A stretch of DNA of 62,905 nt, counting the filler, from Saprolegnia diclina VS20 (Eukaryota), in assembly GCF_000281045.1 (NCBI RefSeq). It is 7 parts of 3 records of this genome, joined end to end, with 100 filler letters (N's around TTAATTAATTAA, not from the genome) between each part and the next. Parts side by side here need not be neighbours in the genome. Positions count along the whole stretch, not along the records: positions 60,618 to 62,905 come from NW_008246114.1; 6 more parts are not named here. One strand, written 5' to 3'. Below are positions 60,518-62,905 of the stretch, in pieces. Under the pieces are notes generated by a model. It saw only the letters and a program-made list of their open reading frames with translations. It had not been told where the DNA came from and ran no database searches. The translations under genes were made by a program, and so were the position numbers. How positions within the stretch are numbered: position 1 is the first letter of the stretch; each line of letters opens with the position of its first letter.

Positions 60518-60801
60518 NNNNNNNNNNNNNNNNNNNNNNNNNNNNNNNNNNNNNNNNNNNNTTAATTAATTAANNNNNNNNNNNNNNNNNNNNNNNNNNN
60601 NNNNNNNNNNNNNNNNNAGCGCTGAAAGGTGGCCCGGCCATGTGAGCACCTTGTATTGACCGCAATAAACAGCACTCTAGTTGAGTGCTCAGGCAGACCT
60701 GGGACGCTTGTCAAAGACAAAGTTGGCAGATGAGACCCCCAGGGGAAGAGTCAGCGTAAAGTCAGGATTGGAAAGAGACAAGTGCAGTAGAAGGTAGGCT
60801 T

Positions 60802-60973
60802 CACAAGGGAGGAGTGCTGGGCCCTCGGAAACCAGTCCAAAAGTCAGTGGCAAGCCAACTGGACTAGCGGAAGTTGTAAAAATGAATGTGAAAAAAAACC
60901 ACACCGAAGTGTGGAAATCAGTTTTCACACTGATTAGAACAGATACTACTTAGCCAAAAGGCCGAGAAGGTAT
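60802..60973 (-). ncRNA. U2: U2 snRNA variant or pseudogene with an 8-nt deletion
   Basis: ATACCTTCTCGGCCTTTTGGCTAAG[ATCAAGTG missing]TAGTATCTGTTCTAATCAGTGTGAAAACTGAT.., Sm-like site ATTTTTA and 3' stem-loops; 3' end approximate. Confidence 0.85.
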
Positions 60974-61792
60974 GCTCTACCTAAACCGTCAAGTTGCATA
61001 CCTGTGTTTGGCACTTTGATGAAATCGCCGTTTGAAAGATGCCGGCTCGCTACAAGCTTCTAGATACGAGTTTGACAGTTCGACAAAGAGACACGATCCA
61101 NNNNNNNNNNNNNNNNNNNNNNNNNNNNNNNNNNNNNNNNNNNNNNNNNNNNNNNNNNNNNNNNNNNNNNNNNNNNNNNNNNNNNNNNNNNNNNNNNNNN
61201 NNNNNNNNNNNNNNNNNNNNNNNNNNNNNNNNNNNNNNNNNNNNNNNNNNNNNNNNNNNNNNNNNNNNNNNNNNNNNNNNNNNNNNNNNNNNNNNNNNNN
61301 NNNNNNNNNNNNNNNNNNNNNNNNNNNNNNNNNNNNNNNNNNNNNNNNNNNNNNNNNNNNNNNNNNNNNNNNNNNNNNNNNNNNNNNNNNNNNNNNNNNN
61401 NNNNNNNNNNNNNNNNNNNNNNNNNNNNNNNNNNNNNNNNNNNNNNNNNNNNNNNNNNNNNNNNNNNNNNNNNNNNNNNNNNNNNNNNNNNNNNNNNNNN
61501 NNNNNNNNNNNNNNNNNNNNNNNNNNNNNNNNNNNNNNNNNNNNNNNNNNNNNNNNNNNNNNNNNNNNNNNNNNNNNNNNNNNNNNNNNNNNNNNNNNNN
61601 NNNNNNNNNNNNNNNNNNNNNNNNNNNNNNNNNNNNNNNNNNNNNNNNNNNNNNNNNNNNNNNNNNNNNNNNNNNNNNNNNNNNNNNNNNNNNNNNNNNN
61701 NNNNNNNNNNNNNNNNNNNNNNNNNNNNNNNNNNNNNNNNNNNNNNNNNNNNNNNNNNNNNNNNNNNNNNNNNNNNNNNNNNNNNNNNNNNN

Positions 61793-62893
61793 CCTGACGC
61801 AGCCCCGCCACCACCCGGCCCACAGCTCCGCGATCTCGACGTACAGCGCTCGGCGCGCGTCTTCCTCAATACCCGAGACGCTGTCCGAGTGCTCTGGGAT
61901 CAGTACTGGGACTTTCGCATGTCGCCGATTTGCACCATTATGTGCATTGCCATGTCGCTCTGGGGCTGTGTCCTCATCGTGCATCTCTGGTACATATGTG
62001 GTCATCTTTGTTTACATTTCGAAACACTGTGGTCTAGGCTTGTGGTGGCTCCTCTCACGTCGTGTCCAGACGCGTGTCTCGAGGTCATCACGCCCTTCTT
62101 CACAGCATCGGGGGGATGTCACTGTGTGTATTACCATCTGCGCTGCACCGACAACGACACTACCAGTCATTTGGAGGCCCGCCTGACGCCCACCCTTCTT
62201 GGCCGTGACCTGCACTATGTGGGGCTCTCCCACTGCGACTACCTCGTTGACGGATTAAACGCGTCGATTCTCCAACCGTTTGACCATTTGGCCGGCTTTG
62301 GCATTGCGTTTTCACCCCTCACGTCGTTTAACGTCTCGGCGAGCGTTTTACCCAAGTCGCTCTTGTACCTCGAGCTCCGCTACACGTCGCTGCGGTCGAT
62401 CCCCGAGCTTGCAGCGACGCTCAACGAGTCGAACGTCATTTCGCTGGTCCTGGATGGCAACGCGATTTCCATTGTTCCGGAATCGGTCCGTACAACGTGG
62501 CGCAAGCTACTGTGGCTCTCGGTGGCCGAAGCCAACTTGAGTTATATTCCGCTCAGTGTCGCGACCTTGCCGTTGCTAGAGTACTTGGACGTCCACGGCA
62601 ATGCCATCACCGACGTGCCCGTGCAGCTGCTGGGCGCGCGGCAGCTGCTTAGCGTGAGCTTGGCGACCAACAGAATTCGCCAAGTCCCGTCGCTCTTTCT
62701 GCAGTCGCCGCCGTCGTGGCTACTGGACGTGAGCTGCAACCCGCTCGTGTCGCCTGCCTCGTTACCTCCGTGGATCCTTGCAGCGCCGTGCATCGACGGC
62801 TGTGCCCCGATGCTTGTTGGCAACGGCGTCTGCAACCGCCCGTGCAACACGTCACAGGCGCACTGGGACGGCGGCGACTGCGCATTTTCGTAG
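61793..62893 (+). CDS. Membrane-associated leucine-rich-repeat protein with a C-terminal LNR (Notch) repeat; 5' part in the gap
   Basis: Hydrophobic segment, LRRs (LVLDGNAISIVP, LDVHGNAITDVP, VSLATNRIRQVP, LDVSCNPL) and CAPMLVGNGVCNRPCNTSQAHWDGGDC. Confidence 0.8.
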   Translation, partial: PDAAPPPPGPQLRDLDVQRSARVFLNTRDAVRVLWDQYWDFRMSPICTIMCIAMSLWGCVLIVHLWYICGHLCLHFETLWSRLVVAPLTSCPDACLEVITPFFTASGGCHCVYYHLRCTDNDTTSHLEARLTPTLLGRDLHYVGLSHCDYLVDGLNASILQPFDHLAGFGIAFSPLTSFNVSASVLPKSLLYLELRYTSLRSIPELAATLNESNVISLVLDGNAISIVPESVRTTWRKLLWLSVAEANLSYIPLSVATLPLLEYLDVHGNAITDVPVQLLGARQLLSVSLATNRIRQVPSLFLQSPPSWLLDVSCNPLVSPASLPPWILAAPCIDGCAPMLVGNGVCNRPCNTSQAHWDGGDCAFS

Positions 62894-62905
62894 GCTCCTA
62901 TGCAT

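Overview
Eukaryotic, intron-rich draft genomic sequence. It is most likely from an oomycete of the Saprolegniales, inferred from gene families, short GT-AG introns and Inr/FPR-like promoter motifs. 1-10.7 kb holds compact housekeeping genes: an OPT transporter, an ACBP-like/FYVE/F-box-like/TBC protein, sestrin, a GNAT, a SEP-UBX p97 cofactor and a methyltransferase. The rest is accessory DNA: a deleted Tc1/mariner element, two one-repeat-per-exon ankyrin genes, a solo gag-like ORF and a Harbinger-like MITE. A ~23 kb candidate surface-glycan modification island contains two OafA-like acyltransferase-3 genes and at least four LicD-family paralogues, each with a degenerate duplicated N-terminal LicD domain. 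Further on are a TKL-type pseudokinase, an intronless lipase-3/membrane-hairpin/P-loop GTPase fusion, a Cys-rich repeat protein, a double Myb-like protein, two inverted U2 snRNA copies (one with an 8-nt deletion) and an LRR-LNR protein. Several near-identical blocks next to N-gaps between 36 and 59 kb are probably uncollapsed haplotypes. All calls are by eye from motifs, exon boundaries are manual predictions, and no database search was run.
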